A DNA stretch of 64,000 bases. Origin: Candidatus Stahliibacteriota bacterium. Lineage in GTDB: Bacteria > Hydrothermota > Tepidihabitantia > SM23-42. A program made the translations under genes and the position numbers. The stretch is from NCBI GenBank assembly GCA_030609135.1, contig JAUWCU010000003.1, positions 55-64,054 of the forward strand, written 5' to 3'. The notes beneath the pieces are model-generated. The model saw nothing but the letters and a program-made list of their open reading frames with translations. It was not told the DNA's origin and did no database searches. Below are positions 18,720 through 26,347 of this stretch, piece by piece; position 1 is the first letter of the stretch, and the number at the start of each line of letters is the position of its first letter.

Positions 18720-20441
18720 CTAACGGGGTAAGATAATCGTAACTTTTGAGCCTTTATTGACTTTGCTCTCAATCTTTATCTCACCTTTATGTACCTGGAC
18801 AATATGTTTTACAATAGCAAGGCCAAGTCCTGTCCCTCCCATTTTTCTTGAACGCGATTTATCCACTACATAGAATCTTTCAAAAATCCTGGATAAATGT
18901 TCTCCTGAAATACCTATACCAGTATCCTCGATTCCTATTTTTACAGATGAATTTATTTGATCTACTGTTATTGTAATACCACCTTTTTCAGTATATTTGA
19001 GGGCATTGTCAATTAGATTAATAAACATTTGTTCAAGCTTAAATGAATCTGCCCTGATTACAGGAAAATTATCTGCTATGTTGAGTTTGAAATATAGATT
19101 TTTTTCTGTTAATCTTTGATTGAACATTTTGAATATATTATTAACAAGCTTCTGTAAATTTACGTTTTCTAACTCCAGGTTTTCCTTCTCCTCAAGTTCT
19201 GAGAGCAATTGTAAATCCTGCACGATATTTATGAGTCGATCTGTATGTCTTTTGATGATATCAAGATAATGTTTCGTTTTTACATTTTTTTCTTGTTCCA
19301 GTGTTTCTACAAATCCTTTTATTGCAGTAAGTGGTGTTCTTAATTCATGTGATACATTCGCGACAAAATCTTTTTTCATCTTTGTTACCTGTAAAATTTC
19401 TGTAATATCATGTAAGGTTAGTACGATCTGCTCTGCAGAACTCAAAAAAGCAGCACTACATATATAATTTCTCTCATTTATTTCTATTTCTTCATTTGCT
19501 ACAGTATTTTCCCTGCCAATATTTCCTATCAATTTGCCAAGTTTAAGTGACCTTATTAATTCCCAGTAGAATTTACCTTTGACTGCTGTATTGTTCACGA
19601 TTTTTCCAAAGCTGTTATTACTCAATAAAATTTTACCCTTTTTATCCAGGACCACAATACCCTCCTGAATCGAAGCGATGATTATATTTAAAGCCTCTTT
19701 TTCCAGTGATAACTCAGTAACGAGTTTTTTAATCTGGGTAACCATATAATTAAAACTCTCAGCAAGTTCTCCCAACTCATCTTTGCGTTTTGAAAGTATC
19801 ATTACATCAAAATCTCCAGCAGCAACGCGATGCGATGCATTAACTAATTCGCCAATAGGTTTTGATAAACTTTTAGAAAAAATTGCCGCTACAAAAAGGG
19901 ATACAGCTATTATTATAATTGCAATTTGAAGAATTTTTGTCTTTAAATTGTTGAGTAAACCATTTATCTCGCTCAAGAATAAACTTACCCTCAAAACACC
20001 TAATACCGCATCTTCTTCATTGATTGGTATGGCGACATACAACATTTCTTCTTTTATAGTTCGGCTAAACCGTATCGACTTCCCTGTTTTCCCTTCTAAT
20101 GCCTGGATTATTTCTAATCTCGTACTATGATTCTCCATAGCTTTGGGGTCTTTTTCAGAATCTGCTAAGACCATTCCGTCCGGGGCGATTATTGTAATTC
20201 TTGTACCTATTTCTGCGCCCAGTTCTTTTACAAGAGTATCTAATTTGTCGAATTGATTTTCTCTTACCAGAGGTGTTACTTTTAATTTTAAGGTAGTGGC
20301 AAGATTTTTTAAATCATTAGTCAGGGTTTGAATGTAGTGATCTTTTATTGTTGCAAAGGTAAAAACCAAAATCAAAACAGAGAGTAAAAGAGTTATTAAA
20401 AGATAGCCACTAAATATTTTGAAAAAGACAGACCTTTTCAT
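18720..20441 (-). CDS. phoR: Sensor histidine kinase, PhoR-like (TM-HAMP-PAS-HisKA-HATPase)
   Basis: H-box SHELRTPLT; G-box GGTGLGLAIVKHIV; two N-terminal TM segments. The PhoR assignment rests on adjacency to the pst operon. Confidence 0.7.
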   Translation of the reverse strand: MKRSVFFKIFSGYLLITLLLSVLILVFTFATIKDHYIQTLTNDLKNLATTLKLKVTPLVRENQFDKLDTLVKELGAEIGTRITIIAPDGMVLADSEKDPKAMENHSTRLEIIQALEGKTGKSIRFSRTIKEEMLYVAIPINEEDAVLGVLRVSLFLSEINGLLNNLKTKILQIAIIIIAVSLFVAAIFSKSLSKPIGELVNASHRVAAGDFDVMILSKRKDELGELAESFNYMVTQIKKLVTELSLEKEALNIIIASIQEGIVVLDKKGKILLSNNSFGKIVNNTAVKGKFYWELIRSLKLGKLIGNIGRENTVANEEIEINERNYICSAAFLSSAEQIVLTLHDITEILQVTKMKKDFVANVSHELRTPLTAIKGFVETLEQEKNVKTKHYLDIIKRHTDRLINIVQDLQLLSELEEKENLELENVNLQKLVNNIFKMFNQRLTEKNLYFKLNIADNFPVIRADSFKLEQMFINLIDNALKYTEKGGITITVDQINSSVKIGIEDTGIGISGEHLSRIFERFYVVDKSRSRKMGGTGLGLAIVKHIVQVHKGEIKIESKVNKGSKVTIILPR

Positions 20442-21124
20442 TCTTCTACTTTATATCCTATCCCTCTCACATTTTTAATGAATTTGCCAGCCTTACCCAA
20501 TTTTTCCCGTAAATGTTTAATATGAACATCTATTGTTCTATCAATGACAATTTTATTTTCACCCCAGAGAGAATTCAATATTTGTCCTCTTGAAAACACC
20601 CACCCTTTTCTTTCGGATAACGTTTTTAGGATTTTAAATTCGGTTGATGTTAAATCTATTCTTTCTCCATTAACCTTGACTTCGAATTTTTGTAAATCTA
20701 TTACAAGAATTTCACCTATTTCAATCTTCTTTACCTCTTGTTTTTGCTCTTTTCTTCGTAAAACTGCCTTTACCCGTGCAACAAGTTCCCTTGTAGAAAA
20801 TGGTTTGGTAACATAATCATCTGCACCCAGTTCCAGTCCTAAAACCTTGTCTGTTTCATGACCTTTTGCCGTAAGCATAATAATCGGGAGAGATGAAAAT
20901 TTATCTTTCATTTTTAAATATTTACAAATATCAAAACCATCTGCATCGGGCAGCATTAAATCAAGAATCAAAAGGTCTGGGATGTGGTAATTTAGAAATT
21001 TTAAAAAACTACCGGCATCTGAAAACCCCTTAACTACAAAATTCGCTTTTTTAAGGTGAATAGATACCAGTTCTAAAATATCCGGTTCATCATCAACAAT
21101 TGCTATTAGTTTTCCCATAAACAT
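20438..21124 (-). CDS. phoB: OmpR/PhoB-family response regulator
   Basis: Receiver motifs DDEPDIL, DLMLPDADG, LTAKG; winged-helix end ..RGIGYKVEE. ATGA overlap with the kinase gene. Alternative start at 21118. Confidence 0.75.
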   Translation of the reverse strand: MFMGKLIAIVDDEPDILELVSIHLKKANFVVKGFSDAGSFLKFLNYHIPDLLILDLMLPDADGFDICKYLKMKDKFSSLPIIMLTAKGHETDKVLGLELGADDYVTKPFSTRELVARVKAVLRRKEQKQEVKKIEIGEILVIDLQKFEVKVNGERIDLTSTEFKILKTLSERKGWVFSRGQILNSLWGENKIVIDRTIDVHIKHLREKLGKAGKFIKNVRGIGYKVEE

Positions 21125-21140
21125 TCTCTTAGATTAGCTT

Positions 21141-21168
21141 ATATTATGAATAAATACGTGCAAGTCAA
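21141..21168 (-). promoter_or_regulatory. promoter of the phoB/phoR-like operon
   Basis: Minus strand reads TTCCCCTTGACTTG (the same 14-mer as at recA): TTGACT-N16-TAATAT. Confidence 0.45.
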
Positions 21169-21190
21169 GGGGAAGCGGATAATTAGTCTC

Positions 21191-21317
21191 GTAATTGTTC
21201 AATTTTCAGTGGAGAAGCGTAGTTGCGACATTTATGGCGTCTATTTATGTGGCATATCGAGACTTTCTGCACGATGAATCGTGCGACTACAATGTTCCAC
21301 CAAGTTTTGAACAATTA
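21191..21317 (+). mobile_element. 127-nt MITE-like element with terminal inverted repeats (copy 1)
   Basis: GTAATTGTTCAAtttt...gttttGAACAATTAC termini. The inside has GTAG-headed gtagttgcgacatttatggcg and inverted tgcacgatgaatcgtgcgactac. A second copy lies at 62661..62818. Confidence 0.75.
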
Positions 21318-21326
21318 CTTAGCCTC

Positions 21327-21354
21327 TTGACACCTTATTAACACTTGTTATAAT
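21327..21354 (+). promoter_or_regulatory. promoter of the lipoprotein gene; leaderless-type spacing
   Basis: TTGACA-N16-TATAAT, then 6 nt before ATG 21361. It starts 10 nt after the MITE-like element. Confidence 0.65.
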
Positions 21355-21360
21355 ACTTAT

Positions 21361-22773
21361 ATGAAGAACATAGTATATATAGTTCTATCAGTAATTTTGG
21401 TCGTGAATTGTAGTGAAATGGAGACCAAGTGGGAAGTAAAATTCGAACCAGCAGGTCCAGGTAATTATCGAATCAATGGGATTTCTTCTTCAAAGACATA
21501 TACTACTCCAGACAACTACGACCACCGAGTCAAAGGAGTTCCTTGTTCAAGGACACATTCTTATGTTGTTACTGGGGCATTTTGGGAAGATAAGCAGGAA
21601 TCAGTCTGCATTACTGCAAACTATGATGCTAATGGTGAACTCATCTGGCACACAGTCTATGAATCGCATGGCTTGAAATCTTCGAAAGGAAATGCTATCC
21701 GTACCATCACAGGTGAAATTGAAGAGGTTAAACATGACATTTATGTACTAGCACAAACCACTGACTTAAAAGGTATCAACGCCGTAGTCCTGATACAATA
21801 TGACAGCCTTGGTAATATGCAATGGGACAAGGTTATTGAAAAATCCCGAGGAGAGATAACGAGTGTATTGCTGAACGACCACTTGAATAACCTCTATATA
21901 GCGGGCTGGACAAGTAATTCCGCAAATTCTACAGATATCTTCATTGCCAAATATCGACCTTCAGGAGAACTGGCTTGGTTGAACAAATATCATAACCCTC
22001 CTCTTGTTTTTAATACCTTAGTGTTTTGCTCTAGCAAGAATGACCAGTTTCTGGTTGCCGGTCATCTGAGACATAACAAGGATTTCTTTTTCATGAAATA
22101 TGATAGCCTTGGGAAACTTGTGCATCTGACAAAGTGCGAAACTTCTATGCAGGAGATTTCATTGGCAGATGCACAACTTGATGAACATGGTAATGTTTAT
22201 CTTCTGGGCACAACCCACAACAATAAAACTGGCAAGGATTACGTAACTGTAGTCTATGATAAAAACGACAGTCTCCTATTTGAGAAATGCTTTGATGGAC
22301 CAACGCATCATGACGATGTCGCCAATGCCTTGATTGTGGAGGATTCGTACGCGGGGTCATTGTATGTCTATGCTATCGGCAGCAGTGAGAACGAAAATGG
22401 CGTGAGTGAAGTGCTTACCGTGAAATATGATCTAACCGGCAACGAAATATGGACAAAAGCATTCAAGGGGAGAAAAAACGAATCAGCAAAACCCTATCTG
22501 CACGGTCCCAGAATAATCTATTCTCCAACACAGCACGGCGTCAATAATTTCTACATAACCGGATATGTGGGCGATGATGCATTGGTTTTGAAACACAATA
22601 CTAAAGGATTTATTTCCTGGTTTACAAGATACGCAAAGGTTGGCACAGTATGCAAGCCAACCGCATTCAGAAGTTTCTGCGTTGGTATAGAAAGCGTGTC
22701 AGATAAGGGGTCTGATGCATACTTAATAAAATTCGGAAAAACTGAACAGCTCGGCATTATCCGCTGGGATTAA
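21361..22773 (+). CDS. Lipoprotein with beta-propeller-type repeats
   Basis: Lipobox-like MKNIVYIVLSVILVVNC. Recurrent ..KYDxxGxxxW.. strands (IQYDSLGNMQW, AKYRPSGELAW, VKYDLTGNEIW). Confidence 0.5.
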   Translation: MKNIVYIVLSVILVVNCSEMETKWEVKFEPAGPGNYRINGISSSKTYTTPDNYDHRVKGVPCSRTHSYVVTGAFWEDKQESVCITANYDANGELIWHTVYESHGLKSSKGNAIRTITGEIEEVKHDIYVLAQTTDLKGINAVVLIQYDSLGNMQWDKVIEKSRGEITSVLLNDHLNNLYIAGWTSNSANSTDIFIAKYRPSGELAWLNKYHNPPLVFNTLVFCSSKNDQFLVAGHLRHNKDFFFMKYDSLGKLVHLTKCETSMQEISLADAQLDEHGNVYLLGTTHNNKTGKDYVTVVYDKNDSLLFEKCFDGPTHHDDVANALIVEDSYAGSLYVYAIGSSENENGVSEVLTVKYDLTGNEIWTKAFKGRKNESAKPYLHGPRIIYSPTQHGVNNFYITGYVGDDALVLKHNTKGFISWFTRYAKVGTVCKPTAFRSFCVGIESVSDKGSDAYLIKFGKTEQLGIIRWD

Positions 22774-22826
22774 CTTCTCACTACGCCATTATGCCAATTG
22801 GCGAATTACCGTAGTGCGAGAATGTG

Positions 22827-24278
22827 CTAATGAATTGTTTCTCGTATCAATTTTGTACTACGGCAGGATTTTCTTTTGATCGTAAATACTGCATGCATTT
22901 GTTTGGCTACAGCCCTTGCTTTTGATCGGTTGTCACAAATGATTTCTATTAAACATTCGCCTTTTTTTACATAATCACCGATTTTTTGGTTGACTTTAAA
23001 TCCACATGATGGGTCGATTTTGTCTTCCTTTTTAAGTCTACCCCCACCCAATTGTACGAGCAACATGCCGATATCAAAAGTATCAATATGATGTATATAC
23101 CCTGTTTGTTGTGCTTTGATTTTAATTCTATTTTTTGCTACTGGTAAACGTGAATAATCATCAATGATACGAACATCACCACCCTGATAATGAATAATCT
23201 CTTTAAATTTATTTAAGGCTTCACGGTTTGCTATCTTTTTCTCAAGGAGGTTTTTCCCGCCTTTAATTTTAGCGAGCTTAAGCATTGCCTTGCCAAGCTC
23301 GAACGTGACTTCCATCAAATCCTTTGGACCACTGCCCTTTAGCGCCTCGATCGTTTCAATAATCTCTAAAGAATTGCCTATATAGTTACCTAATGGATTA
23401 TTCATATCAGTTAGGATGGCGATGACTTTAACTTGGAATCCCCCGTTGCTTGCGGCGTGGGATGAGATATAATACTCCCTCTCCCTTGAGGGAGAGGGTA
23501 GGGGTGAGGGTGAAATTGAAAGTAAGATACCCTGCCCCAAGGGGCAGGGAGCTTCATTCTTTTTGCAACGAGAGTCTCGTTGCACTCCAAAGCGTTTGCC
23601 GATTTGAATCATGGTCCGCGCAAGCTTTTTTGCTTTTTTATAATCAGTCATGAATGCGCCACTGCCAAATTTCACATCGAGCACCAGACCATCGAGATTT
23701 TCAGCAAGTTTCTTAGACATTATGCTTGCGGCAATGAGAGGGATTGAATCAACCGTTGCTGTTACATCGCGCAAGGCATATATTTTTTTGTCAGCGGGCG
23801 CAATTTCTCCGGTTTGTCCAATCATGGCAACGCCAAGTCTTTTTAACTGGCGCTTGAATGCTTTGAGCGTTAGATTAGTACGAAACCCGGGGATTGATTC
23901 TAATTTGTCTAAAGTACCACCTGTATGACCCAGACCGCGACCCGAAATCATGGGCATACAGATACCACATGATGCCATCAAAGGTGCCAGAATAAGTGAT
24001 ACCTTATCACCGACCCCGCCCGTAGAATGCTTGTCGATCTTTGGCTTTTTAATTTCTGAAAGGTTGAGCATCTTTCCAGTGTGCATCATGGCTTGCATCA
24101 AATCAGTGGTTTCGTTAATATCCATACCCTGAAAATATACCGCCATTAAAAAGGCAGCCAGTTGATAGTCAGGGATATTGTGTTTTGTGTATTCAGAAAT
24201 CAGATACTTTATTTCGTGTTCATTTAATTTTTTACCATCACGTTTTTTACGAATAATATCAAGGACGCTAAATTCCAT
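22827..24278 (-). CDS. pdp: pyrimidine-nucleoside (thymidine) phosphorylase carrying a 50-codon in-frame insert
   Basis: KHSTGGVGDKVSL, SGRGLGHTGGTLDKLE, ALRDVTATVDSIPLIAASIMSKK. Start moved to ATG 24278 (MEFSVLDIIRKKRDGKKL..). Confidence 0.9.
   Translation of the reverse strand: MEFSVLDIIRKKRDGKKLNEHEIKYLISEYTKHNIPDYQLAAFLMAVYFQGMDINETTDLMQAMMHTGKMLNLSEIKKPKIDKHSTGGVGDKVSLILAPLMASCGICMPMISGRGLGHTGGTLDKLESIPGFRTNLTLKAFKRQLKRLGVAMIGQTGEIAPADKKIYALRDVTATVDSIPLIAASIMSKKLAENLDGLVLDVKFGSGAFMTDYKKAKKLARTMIQIGKRFGVQRDSRCKKNEAPCPLGQGILLSISPSPLPSPSREREYYISSHAASNGGFQVKVIAILTDMNNPLGNYIGNSLEIIETIEALKGSGPKDLMEVTFELGKAMLKLAKIKGGKNLLEKKIANREALNKFKEIIHYQGGDVRIIDDYSRLPVAKNRIKIKAQQTGYIHHIDTFDIGMLLVQLGGGRLKKEDKIDPSCGFKVNQKIGDYVKKGECLIEIICDNRSKARAVAKQMHAVFTIKRKSCRSTKLIRETIH
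23433..23582. repeat. 150-nt hairpin-repeat insertion inside the pdp reading frame
   Basis: Three hairpins: ccctctcccttgagggagaggg (23477..23498), ccctgccccaaggggcaggg (23530..23549) and tgcaacgagagtctcgttgca (23564..23584). Same module types as the intergenic repeats at 11010 and 25617. Confidence 0.8.
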
Positions 24279-24912
24279 TACACCCCATAGCTTCGCGCAA
24301 TCGCTTGCACGATGCGCATTTACCGCACATTTCTTTTTTGCCAAGATAGCACGAGTAAACATATTGGACAGGCGCCTTGTATTTTAGTCCGAGTTTGTAG
24401 ATTTGTTTCTTTGTATATTCAAGAACAAAGCTCCTCACCTTAACCTTGGTAAGTGTGCTGAACATTAGGGCGTGGTTTATTGCTGCCATGAATTGTGGTC
24501 TGTTGTCCGGGAATTCTTCGGCTTCTTCGCGGTTAAACCCTGTAATAATGAACTCGGCGCCTAAATATTCTGCATAACACGCCGCAATATTTATGAAAAG
24601 ACCATTTCTGTTTGGAATCCAAACGTTCTTTAAGTTGCTAAATTTCCTAATCCTGACATTTTTGGACTGAAGCATAAGGAGTTTCTTGAATTCTTTGAAA
24701 AAAGGTATTTTGATAACCTTGTGTTTGATTTGTAATGCCTTACATATCTTTCTGGATGCGGAAATTTCCATTTTTGCAGCCCGTTGGCCATAATCAAATG
24801 TTAGCGCAAATAGCGGTCTTGTTTTCTTCTTGGCTATTGTCGCGCTGACTAAGGAGTCAAGACCGCCGGATAGGAGGATGATGCTCTTCAATTGGCGAGA
24901 TTGCTTCGTCAT
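24268..24912 (-). CDS. queC: 7-cyano-7-deazaguanine synthase
   Basis: PP-loop LLSGGLDS; C-terminal Zn motif CGKCASC. Start moved to ATG 24912 (MTKQSRQLKSIILLSGGLDS). The upstream 63 codons of the track ORF are repeat DNA. Confidence 0.9.
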   Translation of the reverse strand: MTKQSRQLKSIILLSGGLDSLVSATIAKKKTRPLFALTFDYGQRAAKMEISASRKICKALQIKHKVIKIPFFKEFKKLLMLQSKNVRIRKFSNLKNVWIPNRNGLFINIAACYAEYLGAEFIITGFNREEAEEFPDNRPQFMAAINHALMFSTLTKVKVRSFVLEYTKKQIYKLGLKYKAPVQYVYSCYLGKKEMCGKCASCKRLREAMGCNGI

Positions 24913-25173
24913 TTCATTCCTCGCAATGACAAGGAGAGAGGGGTTCCTCGCAATGACAAGGAGAGATGAGTATTTTCGAATGACGCAAGGAGTAGGGGCT
25001 TTAGCCCCGTCGTATATCGAAGCTTTGAAGATGTGAGGCTCAGAACCTCTGAACTTCTCAACTTCGAGATTGCTTTGGGGCTGCGTGTCTTGCAATGACA
25101 AGAATGGTGGGTATTCTTTGCCCGACCGATGAGTGTGTCATTGCGAGCCTGAACGAAGTTAAGGCGTGGCAAT
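24913..25173. repeat. Repeat cluster between queD and queC
   Basis: Two tandem CCTCGCAATGAC-aaggagaga units, the 63-nt unit at 24992..25054, and GAGATTGC../..GTCATTGCGAGC..GGCAATCT units of the 'gtcattgcga...gaagcaatctc' family. Confidence 0.8.
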
Positions 25174-25533
25174 CTAATCTTCATAATATGTGACGGTATT
25201 GTTACGTCCTTCCCACACCGTGACCGCTTTCATCATATTAATTTTTTTCTTCATTTCATTAAAAACATACATCGCGACATATTCTGCGGTGGCATTACGT
25301 TCTTTGAAATATTTAAGCTCATTCAAGTTTTTGTGGTCGAGTTCAGAAAGTATTTCATCAAGCGCGGTTTTCACACGTCTGAAGTCAATAGCCATCCCTA
25401 TATTATCCAGCTTATCCACTTTTAATATTACTCTTACCTGATAAGTATGGCCGTGTATACCAGCACAATCACCAGGATATCCTTTTACCTGGTGTGCTGC
25501 TGAAAATATTCCTTCAACTGAAAGATCAAACAT
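25174..25533 (-). CDS. queD: 6-carboxy-5,6,7,8-tetrahydropterin synthase
   Basis: 119 aa; HGHTYQVRV zinc-ligand motif; size typical of QueD. Confidence 0.9.
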   Translation of the reverse strand: MFDLSVEGIFSAAHQVKGYPGDCAGIHGHTYQVRVILKVDKLDNIGMAIDFRRVKTALDEILSELDHKNLNELKYFKERNATAEYVAMYVFNEMKKKINMMKAVTVWEGRNNTVTYYED

Positions 25534-25804
25534 TATCTCCCCCTAATATAAAACACCTCCACCCACTGAAACAATACTGAAATGATATTCAGCACAAGGT
25601 TCAGGGCAAGCTTTTTCCTCCCCCTTCCAGGGGGAGGAAGACAGTTTGCAGTCTTTTCCTTGTGGGAAAGCCCTTCTGGGCTTGATATTCGCGGGCAGCC
25701 CGCGCCGCTTCGCAAGGCGAGGCCGGGCAAGCCCGCTCCCACTATGCAAATGCCTAAAACACCTAAACCCCGTTAGATGTGTACTATCTAAATGGGGTAA
25801 ACAC
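25534..25804. repeat. Repeat cluster between the DUF4416-like gene and queD
   Basis: Contains the inverted copy of the 2738 unit (25566..25622), the hairpin cctcccccttccagggggagg (25617..25637) and a relative of the 11097 unit (25663..25745). Overlapping track ORFs here look repeat-encoded. Confidence 0.8.
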
Positions 25805-26347
25805 CTAAACACTAAATTGATTACCCAAACGATTTTTCAGTATCTCCCGGGCTTTTTCAAAGAAATCAAGAACGATTTTTTCCTGGTGATCCGGGTATGT
25901 CCACGCTAAGGGTCTGAATCCCTTATTCTTGTAAATGAGCGTGACTTCTGCGTAAATACCTTTACCTATATAAATACGATGGGAAAAATCCTTAGTTGAA
26001 GCAAGGACTAAATTGCTCAAGGTTATGAGTCCGGGATCAATATTAACCTTCCTTCTTTTGTTTTCATTGACAAAGGAGCTTTCAATTCTATTGGTTCGGT
26101 GTTTCAAATCCGCGAGGACATCAGGATTTACCAAATCATCAAAGACACACCACTGTCGCAAGAGCTTATCGCCCATTTCCTTATTGTAGTATGTTGTGTG
26201 CGTAAACGGGATGATTTCAGATTTCATGGATATATTCCCGAAGTCTTTAGTTAATGCATCTAACACGTTCCTCACTCGAAAATCGTTAACAAAAATCAAT
26301 CCAGTCATAACCAGGACTTTCTGGGTCGGTTTAATCTCTGCCATCAC
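25805..26347 (-). CDS. DUF4416-like protein of unknown function
   Basis: 180 aa. ..VNIDPGLITLSNLVLASTKDFSHRIYIGKGIYAEVTLIY..WTYPD.. matches my memory of the DUF4416 family pattern; not verified by search. Confidence 0.5.
   Translation of the reverse strand: MMAEIKPTQKVLVMTGLIFVNDFRVRNVLDALTKDFGNISMKSEIIPFTHTTYYNKEMGDKLLRQWCVFDDLVNPDVLADLKHRTNRIESSFVNENKRRKVNIDPGLITLSNLVLASTKDFSHRIYIGKGIYAEVTLIYKNKGFRPLAWTYPDHQEKIVLDFFEKAREILKNRLGNQFSV

Noticed and set aside
23433-23582. Intein or intron as the explanation for the pdp and epimerase inserts
   Set aside because: At 12-50 codons they are far too short for inteins and show no intein splice-junction residues. They also lack group I/II intron structure or size. 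Their sequence matches the intergenic hairpin modules instead.
24913-25101. N-terminal 63 codons of the 277-aa queC track ORF, the N-terminal 28 codons of the pdp track ORF (24279..24362) and the 58-codon extension of the wzz ORF (61347..61520)
   Set aside because: The extensions run through repeat or promoter DNA or overlap the upstream gene. Internal ATGs give N-termini that match the family pattern.
25533-25909. Four overlapping 64-89-aa ORFs on both strands between queD and the DUF4416-like gene
   Set aside because: They lie entirely within a repeat cluster, overlap each other in different frames, and have the Pro/Gly/Arg-rich low-complexity typical of translated palindromes.
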